64,000 nucleotides of DNA. It comes from Candidatus Multivoradales bacterium. Its GTDB lineage: Bacteria > Acidobacteriota > Thermoanaerobaculia > Multivoradales > J023. The stretch covers positions 3,840,001 to 3,904,000 of the forward strand of contig CBDFLE010000006.1 of the NCBI GenBank assembly GCA_965248925.1, given 5' to 3'. The notes beneath the pieces were generated by a model. The model was not told the DNA's origin. It saw only the letters and a program-made list of their open reading frames with translations, and searched no databases. A program made the translations under genes and the position numbers. Below are positions 18,682-27,186 of the stretch, in pieces; within the stretch, counting starts at the first letter, position 1, and every line of letters begins with the position of its first letter.

Positions 18682-20397
18682 CTAGTCTTGCAGGTAGATG
18701 AAAAACGCCCCCACTCGGGCGACGGCAACGCTGTCTTGCAACCACGACAGCTGATTCTCCGGCAGCCACACCAGCTGTCCCTCTTGGACGGTGAAATAGG
18801 GACGGCCGACAACGAACGAGGACGAGACCGCCAGCCAGCCGCCCGAAGCCTTGGCATCGGCAGCCGCGACCGGCAGATCGTAGACCGCTGGATCTACCCG
18901 CGAAGCGGCGATCACCCTGATCTGCTCGATGCCCTGGGTCTCGACATAGTCGTGCAGGCGGCGAAAGTCCTGCCCCCAGTCGTTGTTGGAGTCGCTCAGC
19001 CAGTGGTGGCCGCCGCGCGCACCGCCGCCCAGCAGGTTGACGAATTGCAGATAGCGCGGCGCCACCGCCAGGGTCGCAACTAGCAACCCTCCAGCCAACA
19101 ACAGACCACTGGCCCGAGCCACCTCCGCTCGCCGTCCCTGGCCAACTTGCAATAGGCTGGCCAAAGTCGCGCCGGCCGGAATCAGCAACAAGGTGGTCGC
19201 GGCGAGCATGTGGCGGACACCGATCTGCTGCGAGTTGAAGAAGATGTTGGCGGCGAAAACCACTAGCACCGGCAGACCGACAAAGAGCAGCGGATCACAG
19301 CTGTGGCCGGGCTTGGATTGGCGAAACCAGCGGCCCACACCGAGGGCCATCAGCACTAGTAGCGCCAACGGCGTCTTCAGCGCCAGAGCCACCAGGTGGT
19401 AGTACCACCAGCCCTCTGCGGACAGTTCGCCGGCCAGGTAGTACAACGGAATCTTAGTCGTCCCACCGGTCGACAGCACCTTGTCGACTCCGCGCAAATA
19501 GGGCGCCGGCAGCGGCAGGCGCAGGCCGGGCAGAGTTTCCGCGAGGGAGGCGAAGGAGCTATCGCCGGCCCATTCGATGGTGCGCCAGGGCGCCAGAAAA
19601 CCGGCAAAACCATAGCTCAGGCTCAAACTCAGCAGGGCGATCAGCAGCACCGCTGTCAGTCGCACCAGCTGTGCCCGCCCTGGTCCGCCCTGGCCGCTGC
19701 CGCGGCGCCAGGCGAGCAGCAAGAGAATCACCACCAGCGGCACCAGCAGGGCATTCCACAGCTTGATGGCGTTGGCCAGGCCGAGGCAGATGCCGAGTGC
19801 CAGTGTCGCCGGCCAAGTCGCTCGTCGTCGCAGTCGCCAAGTGGCATAGAGGGTGCCTACGAAACCCAGAGTACCGACCACGTCGAGGGTCACCAAATGG
19901 CCATGAGCCAGCAAGTCTGGAGTCAGCACGAAGAGAAACAGGCACCCTCGCCCGGCCGCTCTGCCGCCCAGCTCGCCAGCGAAGCGGTAGGTTGTCACGG
20001 CCAGTAGTAGCAGCCAGAAGACGGTCATCGCGCGAGCTTTGGCGAAAGTATGATGGTAGACCTCGGCATGGCGCTGCATGAAGTCGAAGGCCAGGCGCCA
20101 GTGGAAGCGGCCGAGTTCTTGATTGATTAATAGATCATCGGCCATCACTGGCAGCACTGCCAGCATGCGGCCCAAAGGCGGGTTGATCGGATCGACGCTA
20201 AAGTCGTGGCCAGCGAGAAAATAGAGCCCCAGGGGCAGGTGGACCGTCTCGTCGACCGTCACCGAGTCGCGGCTCGCGGCGATAGTGACTTGCAGCAGCA
20301 AGAGCCCCAGCAGTGCCAGCACCAGCCAGCGTAGCTGCCGCGGCGGGTCGACAGTGGACTCGATCGCAGCCGCTTTGGTGGCTTCAAGATCGTGCAT
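18682..20397 (-). CDS. GT39/ArnT-like polytopic membrane glycosyltransferase
   Basis: SVTVDETVHL, NPPLGR, LAHGHLVTLD, WWYY...KTP, IGVRH, LSDSNNDWGQD. Confidence 0.85.
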   Translation of the reverse strand: MHDLEATKAAAIESTVDPPRQLRWLVLALLGLLLLQVTIAASRDSVTVDETVHLPLGLYFLAGHDFSVDPINPPLGRMLAVLPVMADDLLINQELGRFHWRLAFDFMQRHAEVYHHTFAKARAMTVFWLLLLAVTTYRFAGELGGRAAGRGCLFLFVLTPDLLAHGHLVTLDVVGTLGFVGTLYATWRLRRRATWPATLALGICLGLANAIKLWNALLVPLVVILLLLAWRRGSGQGGPGRAQLVRLTAVLLIALLSLSLSYGFAGFLAPWRTIEWAGDSSFASLAETLPGLRLPLPAPYLRGVDKVLSTGGTTKIPLYYLAGELSAEGWWYYHLVALALKTPLALLVLMALGVGRWFRQSKPGHSCDPLLFVGLPVLVVFAANIFFNSQQIGVRHMLAATTLLLIPAGATLASLLQVGQGRRAEVARASGLLLAGGLLVATLAVAPRYLQFVNLLGGGARGGHHWLSDSNNDWGQDFRRLHDYVETQGIEQIRVIAASRVDPAVYDLPVAAADAKASGGWLAVSSSFVVGRPYFTVQEGQLVWLPENQLSWLQDSVAVARVGAFFIYLQD

Positions 20398-21475
20398 GGG
20401 TCGATGGCTTCCCGGCATCTTGCGACCTTTCTCGGTGGCCCCAGGCGGCAGCGCCGTCGGCGATCCGCCAAAAGGCGCGGCCGAAGAAAAAGATGAGTGG
20501 CCGATGAAGGCCGTCGAGAGCGGTCGCCAGCTGCCACTTCTGGCGCCGCACGGTGGCTGGCCCCAAGCGTTCGGCGCGGTAGGGCACCTGCCGTGCTCGC
20601 TGCACTAGTCGGCGGCCAGGATCGAGTTCATCGGCGGCATGCCGGTAGTCGGGGTCGTCGAGTCCCAGCCGGATCAGCGCCCGCAGCCAGATTGCGCTCG
20701 CCTTGCGCGCCCGCCAGTGCCGCGCTCGACGCACCAGCTCGACGGTATCCACCTCTCCGCCAGCGATCAACAGCAAGCTGTCGACAACTGATCGCAGCTG
20801 GACAAAGAAGCCGTCTTGAGCGGCGTGGGTGGCCAAGCTGAGCAGCAGATCGGTGGCCTCAGGCAGCAGGAGGCCGGAGTAGCTAGAGGCCGCGGTAGCA
20901 CGCTCGAACAGCCCGTCGTGATCCACCGCGAAGAGTCGTGGGTCGTGAACCTGGCGATGTAGGTCCACCACTGCTTGACCGACATCGACATGGACTTCGT
21001 GAAAACGGCGGGCGGTCAGCGGGCGCTGCCGCGACCATTCGATCTTGCCGCCCGCCTGGCGCACCGCCACCAGCGCCTCTTGCCAGTGCTCAGCCGGCAC
21101 CAGCAGGTCGGCGTCGCCCATCGGTCGGCGGCCTGGGTCGCCATAGACCGTTTCCACTAGGGCTACCCCCTTGAGGGCCAGGGTCGGCACCTGATGCTCT
21201 GCCAGTGCCCTCAGCAATGGCCGCAGACGCGCTTCGAGCAGCAAGTTGAAGGCGGTGGTCTGGCGGTGTTGCTGGCGCAGCTGGTGGTCGATCTCGGGGT
21301 TGCTCGCCGCGAGCCGCCGCCGCCGCAACCGTGCGCCGAGCAGTGGCGCCAAGCCCTCACTGCGGGCCAATCCGGCAAGTTCCAGATCCACTTTCGGCGG
21401 CTCGCCGGTGATGGCGCCCGCGGCTAGTAGGAGTCGCCGGACGTTGAGCGCGCTGCGGTTGGGCAGCGCCCTCAA
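20384..21475 (-). CDS. nucleotidyltransferase family protein (NTP_transf_5-like)
   Basis: LKGVAL...YGDPGRRPMGDADLLV...VDLH. Start placed at the TTG overlapping the methyltransferase stop. Confidence 0.8.
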   Translation of the reverse strand: MRALPNRSALNVRRLLLAAGAITGEPPKVDLELAGLARSEGLAPLLGARLRRRRLAASNPEIDHQLRQQHRQTTAFNLLLEARLRPLLRALAEHQVPTLALKGVALVETVYGDPGRRPMGDADLLVPAEHWQEALVAVRQAGGKIEWSRQRPLTARRFHEVHVDVGQAVVDLHRQVHDPRLFAVDHDGLFERATAASSYSGLLLPEATDLLLSLATHAAQDGFFVQLRSVVDSLLLIAGGEVDTVELVRRARHWRARKASAIWLRALIRLGLDDPDYRHAADELDPGRRLVQRARQVPYRAERLGPATVRRQKWQLATALDGLHRPLIFFFGRAFWRIADGAAAWGHRERSQDAGKPSTHARS

Positions 21476-22179
21476 GGGAGTCTCTCGATGCAGGCGAAGA
21501 GGTGGGTGTTGAGCAGCCGCAAGCCTTGGAGTAGCTCGGCGGCCTGGCGGCTCAGGGGTACCAAGCGACGGGCCAACGGTGGTGCCAGGGTGACCCGGCG
21601 GGTCCAGATCCGGCAGCTGGGAAAGAGCTCGTCGAGTTCTCGCCGTCGCACTCCGCGGACTTGCGAATTGGCTGGGTTGTCCCAGCTGAAGTCGTACCAC
21701 AGGATGCGCCCGTTGGGAGCCAGTACGCGCAGCATCTCGGCCGCCACCGCGCGGCGTACGTCGGGCTCCAGGATCGAGGTGAAGACGGTGCTCTGCAGGA
21801 CCACTTCGAAGCTAGCGTCGGCCCACGGCAGCTCGCTAGCATCGCCGAGGCGCAGGTCGGCCCCAGGGAAGCGCTCGCAGGCGCCACGCCAGCGTTCTTC
21901 ATCTAACTCGATCGCCGCCAGCCGGAGGCGGTCGGCGCCAAAGGCTTCGAAGCTGGCCAACCACTGACCGCCGCCGCAGCCCACTTCCAGCACCCGTCGT
22001 TCAGCCAGGGGCAGTAGGCCACCGTGGCGCAGAGCCGCGGCCAAGGCCCGTTCCTGGGTGTGGCGGGCAAAGAGGTTGGCCGGCCGATCGAGAGCATAGA
22101 AACCTGGTTCGATGTCCCGTTGTCGGCGCTGATACTCGCGCCGAATGCGTTCGGCCTCGCGCTGCCTCCGATCGCTCAT
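21472..22179 (-). CDS. class I SAM-dependent methyltransferase
   Basis: VLEVGCGGG, DASELPW, QSTVFTSIL, LRVLAPNG.ILWYD. Confidence 0.9.
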   Translation of the reverse strand: MSDRRQREAERIRREYQRRQRDIEPGFYALDRPANLFARHTQERALAAALRHGGLLPLAERRVLEVGCGGGQWLASFEAFGADRLRLAAIELDEERWRGACERFPGADLRLGDASELPWADASFEVVLQSTVFTSILEPDVRRAVAAEMLRVLAPNGRILWYDFSWDNPANSQVRGVRRRELDELFPSCRIWTRRVTLAPPLARRLVPLSRQAAELLQGLRLLNTHLFACIERLP

Positions 22180-22190
22180 GGCGGGCTCGC

Positions 22191-22439
22191 TCAGAGCTCC
22201 CGCAAGCGTTGTTCGAGGGTGCTCACCGAGGCGAAGTCGTCGGCAATCAGGTCGCCAGGAGCCACCTTGCCGGGCAGTATCTGCCCGAGTTCGGCGATCA
22301 ACTCGACCAGCGAAAAACTATCCAGATAGCCTTCCTGGAAGAGCTGGCTGTCGCGGTCGAGAGCGCTCGGCTCAAGTCCTTTGCGGGTCTCGATGAACTT
22401 GCGAACAATAGTCAGCAGGGCGGTCTGATCGATGTCCAT
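22191..22439 (-). CDS. acyl/aminoacyl carrier protein
   Basis: 82 aa, acidic, GYLDSFSLVELI phosphopantetheine motif, DDFASV. Confidence 0.85.
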   Translation of the reverse strand: MDIDQTALLTIVRKFIETRKGLEPSALDRDSQLFQEGYLDSFSLVELIAELGQILPGKVAPGDLIADDFASVSTLEQRLREL

Positions 22440-22448
22440 AAGCGGTAC

Positions 22449-24152
22449 TCAGTCCTCGGTTAGGGTGGTGGGTTGCAGGGCCATCGCGACAGGGCCGAAG
22501 CGGCCTTGCAGGTACCATTCGCGATTGCCGTCGCGGGCCAGCTTACCGCTGGTCGACTTGCGCAGTCTCCCTCGAGCTTGCAAACGGGCGTCCCAAAGAT
22601 CGAGGTCGAGTGCCGCCGGCACCGCACGGCGAATATCGCGCAGCAACGCGGGCCAGTCTTCCTCGGGCCGTTGACTTTCTGCCAGCACCACCAAGGTCTC
22701 GGTGGCCGGACCCACCGGCCGGACGCCGAAACACACCACTCGGCCGGGCTGGATGCCAGCGATCTCGCCGACCAGCTGCTCGACCTCCTGCGGATAAACA
22801 TTGCGACCGGCGACGATCACCAAATCCTGGTGCCGGCCGGTGACCCACAGCCGCCCCCGCGGGTCGACAAAGCCCAGGTCGCCGCTGTCGTAGAAACCTT
22901 GTGGGTCGATCAGGTCGTTGTTGAGGTCGTTGCGGCGGAAATAGCCGTCGAATAGAAACGGTGCCCGGATCAGTACCCTGCCGGCAGAATACGGCGGCAG
23001 CCCAGCGCCCGACCCGTCGACGATGCGCACTTCGCAGCCCGCTAGACAAAGCCCGCTCGACAGCAGAGTCAGGCTCTCGCCCGCACTACGCTTCACCTCC
23101 TCCGCCCGATGCTCGCGCTGCCAGATGGTGCGGTCGATCCGTAACTCTGTGGGTGGCTCATCCAGGCCGCTGGCGGTCACCGCGAAGACCGTCTCAGCCA
23201 TCGCGTAGCAGGTGCCCAGGGCCCGCTGCTCGAAGCCATCTTCGCGATAGCGCTGGGCAAAGCCACCCATCGCCTCAGCGGTCACCGGCTCCGAGCAGTT
23301 GATCAACTGGCGCAACGACGAGAGGTCGAAACTGCCCGCTGGCTGGCGCACTCGCTGAGCGAGAAAAGCGAAGGCGAAGTTCGGCAACCACGACAGGGTA
23401 GCTCGATACTCGCCGACCGTCTCCAACCACAGCGCTGGGTTGGCCACCCACTCGAAGGGTGACATCCATGCCACCGGCACGCCGGCGATCAGCGGGTTGA
23501 GGAAGCAGGCGACAAACCCCATATCGTGGTAGAGCGGCAGCCAGCTAGCCACCAGATCGTCCTCTTGCCGACCGAGGACTTGCCACAGGGCATCGGCATG
23601 GCGCCGCACCGCGCCATCAGAAAGCATGACCCCCTTCTGCATGCCGGTGGTGCCCGAGGAGTGTTGCAGCAAGAGCAGATCCGTATCGCCATGCTCGAAG
23701 ACCTCCGGCGCCGGGCCGGAATCAAGAGCCAGCTCTGTGTAAGTGCGGTGCTCGCCCAGCAAGTCGCTTTCGAACTCGATCTCCGGCGCCAATGCCAGTA
23801 GCTTGCCGTCAACCCGTTCGAGCAGAGCACCTAGGCGTTGCCAGTAGAGTTCGCGATCCATCCGCACGCTGGGCTCGGCCAGCACCGTCGGCACGGCCCC
23901 TACCCAGCAAGCCCCTAGCCAGGCGGCGTAGAAGTCGATCTGGTGGGTGCCAACCATCACCACGATGTCGCCGCTGCCCACCCCGGCCTGGCGGTAGGCC
24001 GCCGCCGCCCGCCCGGCGGCTCCAGCGACTTCGGCGAAAGTGAGCGAGATCGTGGGCTTGCGGCGCGAGACACAGTGGACGCAGGGGACGTCTGGCTGGG
24101 TGTCGGCTTGGTGGAAGAAGCGGCGCAGTACGCTGTCTGATCGGTGTTTCAC
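22449..24152 (-). CDS. fatty acyl-AMP ligase-like AMP-binding enzyme
   Basis: LQHSSGTTGMQKGV, SWLPLYHDMG, LPNFAF, CYAMAE, DSGDLG, KSTSGK. Confidence 0.9.
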   Translation of the reverse strand: MKHRSDSVLRRFFHQADTQPDVPCVHCVSRRKPTISLTFAEVAGAAGRAAAAYRQAGVGSGDIVVMVGTHQIDFYAAWLGACWVGAVPTVLAEPSVRMDRELYWQRLGALLERVDGKLLALAPEIEFESDLLGEHRTYTELALDSGPAPEVFEHGDTDLLLLQHSSGTTGMQKGVMLSDGAVRRHADALWQVLGRQEDDLVASWLPLYHDMGFVACFLNPLIAGVPVAWMSPFEWVANPALWLETVGEYRATLSWLPNFAFAFLAQRVRQPAGSFDLSSLRQLINCSEPVTAEAMGGFAQRYREDGFEQRALGTCYAMAETVFAVTASGLDEPPTELRIDRTIWQREHRAEEVKRSAGESLTLLSSGLCLAGCEVRIVDGSGAGLPPYSAGRVLIRAPFLFDGYFRRNDLNNDLIDPQGFYDSGDLGFVDPRGRLWVTGRHQDLVIVAGRNVYPQEVEQLVGEIAGIQPGRVVCFGVRPVGPATETLVVLAESQRPEEDWPALLRDIRRAVPAALDLDLWDARLQARGRLRKSTSGKLARDGNREWYLQGRFGPVAMALQPTTLTED

Positions 24153-24418
24153 GACGTCATTGGCTCAAGACTCTTGGCGGTTCAAACGAGTAGGCAGAGT
24201 CTACGTGGAGTGGATGCTGTTGCCCAGCCGCGTTGGCGGCTCGCCAAATTGAAGACCAAGCCAGGGGTGCCGACGCTCTCGTTCCTCTTCCATTCCCCGT
24301 GGGGACTTGACGATTCCCCTCGTACAGGTTGTATGATCCGCCAGATTCCAGAAGTTCAATAGTTTGCCTTCGTGGCGGGAATCCGCGAACAATATCTACC
24401 CTGACAGGGGGTGTCTCT

Positions 24419-26020
24419 GTGGCCGCGACCCAGAAAGAGAGTATTTCGCTCTATGTCGAATACATCCATCGAATAGCCCACCTTGCGACTGCAGACCGTG
24501 ATTACGGCAGTTTGGAGCTTGTGGCGCACCTCTTCGCCATTGCCCACCAGCTGTCGGTGGATGACAACGATCTCGATGGGGGATCTTTAGGGCACATTAT
24601 TCAATCGCTGGAGCATCTCCAAGGGCTTCTTCTGGCGCTACCGAAGACACTTTCGCCGAAGGAACTATACTGGCGTTTGATCGAGGCTATGGATGCCGTT
24701 GAGAATGTCAGCTGTCAGTCTAAAGATGAGGGGTATTCTGCTGAGCCTGTCGAGATCGACTCTTTCGGGAGCGGTAGCCATCGTCTTACCGGGCGCGTTA
24801 GCTATTGGATCCGGCCCCCTAGCGCCTTCAGGGCTTGGCGCCTGGAGCTGCTTGAAGCGGCGCGAGATGCTGGCAAGCACACCTCGCGGGAGCCGTTGGA
24901 AGAGCCGGCGCGGCATCTCAAGCGCCTCGTATGTCACTGGATGAAGGGGAAGATTGAGGTCTCTTTGGCCCATCCTGCCGATTCCGGTGCGCCCCTCTTC
25001 CGTTCAAGCGGATCCTGGATCGAAGACGGCGAGCCTTTTCGCATTGCCCTCTGCCCGTTGGATGCTCGAGCGCATCCGAAATTCGAAATGGTCAAAAACG
25101 ACACGAGATTCCTGGTCCACCAAGCTGCTCCTATGGTTGTGAAGCCGGGTTTTTCTGTTCCTGAACAGCTCCAGGTCATCCTCGAGGCTTGCCGAAAGAC
25201 TGGCGTCCATATCCTTGTGCTTCCCGAACTCACAGTTGATCTCGAGGCTCGCGAGTGGCTTTCCAGGCACCTTTCAGAGTCTCCCGAAAATCTTCCCTAC
25301 GGGGTAGTAGCGGGGAGTTTCCACATCGGCGCATCCCTTCCCCGCAATGAAAGCGTATTTCTTGGCCATACCGGGGAAGTTCTCCTATCCCACCACAAGC
25401 GGGGCCGTTTCAGCGTTTCTGGGCACGAAGTGGAGGATCTTTGCAAGCGTGGTTTCTTTCACGATGAGGCGTGGATTCTATCGCGGCTCGCCCAGCTCCC
25501 TGCTGACATTGATGAGCATATTGATCCAGGCAAGGGGCTCTCGCTGCTCGAGACGGACCTAGGGCAGATGGCAGTACTCATCTGCGCCGACGGCATTGAT
25601 GAGCAGGATCGGCCCGAGCTGCACCAAGAGATCGCTTCGCTGCGACCCGATTTTGTCTTCCTCCCTTCGATGACCCCGAAGACCGCCCGTTTCGACGAAC
25701 TCGCGAGTCGACTTGAGCGTCTGGGAGTCTCTACTCTTTTCGTCAACGCCGCATGTGTGTGCCCGTCTACCGAGACTCTCGCTGCCTTCTGCCTTGGCAT
25801 CCACGAAGACCAAGATGGCCCGGCTACCCACGTACGTTGGTGTGGCGATTGCCTGCAGCAGTGGGACCGCAAGCGAAAGCCAGAAGGATGGGCAGAGATT
25901 GGTGATCGGGGTGGTGCGGTGAGCTGGCTCGAGAGCGGTGGTGGCCAGAAACTCGGCATGGTGGTGGATCTCAGCGCCTATCGAACTCGAAACACCAGAA
26001 GGAACGCCACATCGATCTGA
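24419..26020 (+). CDS. divergent carbon-nitrogen hydrolase (nitrilase-fold) protein with helical N-terminal extension
   Basis: Triad-like motifs ILVLPEL (Glu), HHKRGRF (Lys), VLICAD (Cys), then LFVNA. Start placed at GTG 24419 (ORF track 24329). Confidence 0.7.
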   Translation: MAATQKESISLYVEYIHRIAHLATADRDYGSLELVAHLFAIAHQLSVDDNDLDGGSLGHIIQSLEHLQGLLLALPKTLSPKELYWRLIEAMDAVENVSCQSKDEGYSAEPVEIDSFGSGSHRLTGRVSYWIRPPSAFRAWRLELLEAARDAGKHTSREPLEEPARHLKRLVCHWMKGKIEVSLAHPADSGAPLFRSSGSWIEDGEPFRIALCPLDARAHPKFEMVKNDTRFLVHQAAPMVVKPGFSVPEQLQVILEACRKTGVHILVLPELTVDLEAREWLSRHLSESPENLPYGVVAGSFHIGASLPRNESVFLGHTGEVLLSHHKRGRFSVSGHEVEDLCKRGFFHDEAWILSRLAQLPADIDEHIDPGKGLSLLETDLGQMAVLICADGIDEQDRPELHQEIASLRPDFVFLPSMTPKTARFDELASRLERLGVSTLFVNAACVCPSTETLAAFCLGIHEDQDGPATHVRWCGDCLQQWDRKRKPEGWAEIGDRGGAVSWLESGGGQKLGMVVDLSAYRTRNTRRNATSI

Positions 26021-26026
26021 AAGTTT

Positions 26027-26142
26027 CTGCAAACTGATGACTGTAGAATGTCGTATACTGTATTGACAACATGGGGATCTAACTGCAAATATCTGCAAAT
26101 AGTCTTCGGGGTAAGCTACAAATAGCGGCGCAGATGCAAACT
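26027..26142 (+). promoter_or_regulatory. promoter with repeated CTGCAAAY boxes
   Basis: TTGACA at 26063-26068; CTGCAAAC 26027, CTGCAAATA 26083 and 26093, CTACAAATA 26116, ATGCAAAC 26134. Confidence 0.55.
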
Positions 26143-26196
26143 TGCCGCATCTCACGTGCCTTGGGTGCCCCTGCCCAAGGACGACGGAGACCAGCG

Positions 26197-27138
26197 ATGA
26201 CTCGACACCAACGTCCTGCGAATGACCTTTCCACGTTAGGCCTTCAACTACGTTCCTCCCTCGAAGCTCTCACCGACCAAGCCGAAGGCGGTGATGCCCG
26301 CGACTATCGGCGCTTTCTTCGCCAGATCATTTCTCGGGGCTGGCGTGCCGCCGTGGTCGGTAGTGCGGACGCGCTACGCGAGGCGATCAACGTCCTCCGG
26401 GAAGCCCGTCCAGTGGTTGACGATGCGTTGCCAGCTCTCACACCTAGGTCTCAGGCTGCGACCGAAGTTCAACAGGCCCTGATGGCTCTTTACACTGGCG
26501 AGGATGAGCTGCGCGAAACCGAGTTCGAGCAGCGCTGGAGCGACCGTGGTCGCAATCCGACCGAGCGTGCCATCCTCAAAGTACTGGCTAGTGTCGCAGA
26601 ACCCTCGCGCCAAGGCGAGGTTCACCAGCAGTTGAAGCTTGGCGCATCAAGCGTTACAGCAAGTCGGGTCGGCCAGCTGCTGCGCGAACTGCACCAGCAT
26701 GGTTATGCCATCCGCCGGATGGTCCGCGCTCGCGGTAACAAGGAGGTTGCCCACTACGCTTTGGCACCTCGTGGTTTCACTCTGTGCAGACATCTCGGGA
26801 TTGCGACGCCGACACCCGCGACTATCGCCAAGCTGGAGTCCTCAGCTAAGCCAACTCTGGCTCATGAGACCGAGAAGGTCTTGGCGGCGATGTCCAGGGC
26901 TTGGGCGCAGTCCCAGCCCGGAGTGCAGAATTGGAGGCGTCGTGTGTTGAAAGGAATCTTGCAGAGCACGGCGAATGCAGCCTTCGTCAAGAATTCCTTG
27001 GAGAGATTCGGTGCCCCAGCAAGAGAGGTTCAGCACGAAGTTACTCAAATCGAAGACTTCCAGGCCGTGAGGCGAGTCGCCGAGCCGCAAGTCGATGGCT
27101 CTAGCAGGAGAGGAGCTGAGTTGGTGGCTCTGGGCTGA
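26197..27138 (+). CDS. protein with central winged helix-turn-helix (MarR/PadR-like)
   Basis: TERAILKVLA...QGEVHQQL...SRVGQLLRELHQHGYA...HYALAPRG; GGAGA RBS before ATG 26197. Confidence 0.65.
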   Translation: MTRHQRPANDLSTLGLQLRSSLEALTDQAEGGDARDYRRFLRQIISRGWRAAVVGSADALREAINVLREARPVVDDALPALTPRSQAATEVQQALMALYTGEDELRETEFEQRWSDRGRNPTERAILKVLASVAEPSRQGEVHQQLKLGASSVTASRVGQLLRELHQHGYAIRRMVRARGNKEVAHYALAPRGFTLCRHLGIATPTPATIAKLESSAKPTLAHETEKVLAAMSRAWAQSQPGVQNWRRRVLKGILQSTANAAFVKNSLERFGAPAREVQHEVTQIEDFQAVRRVAEPQVDGSSRRGAELVALG

Positions 27139-27186
27139 GGCTGGAGGGAAGTTCTACCGTTATATGCTGCGAGGCAGGTCTGAATA

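Noticed and set aside
24262-24288. CAGGGGTGCCGACGCTCTCG at the left edge of the nitrilase island, resembling motif M
   Set aside because: Needs gaps to align and is too weak in GC-rich DNA without a statistical test.
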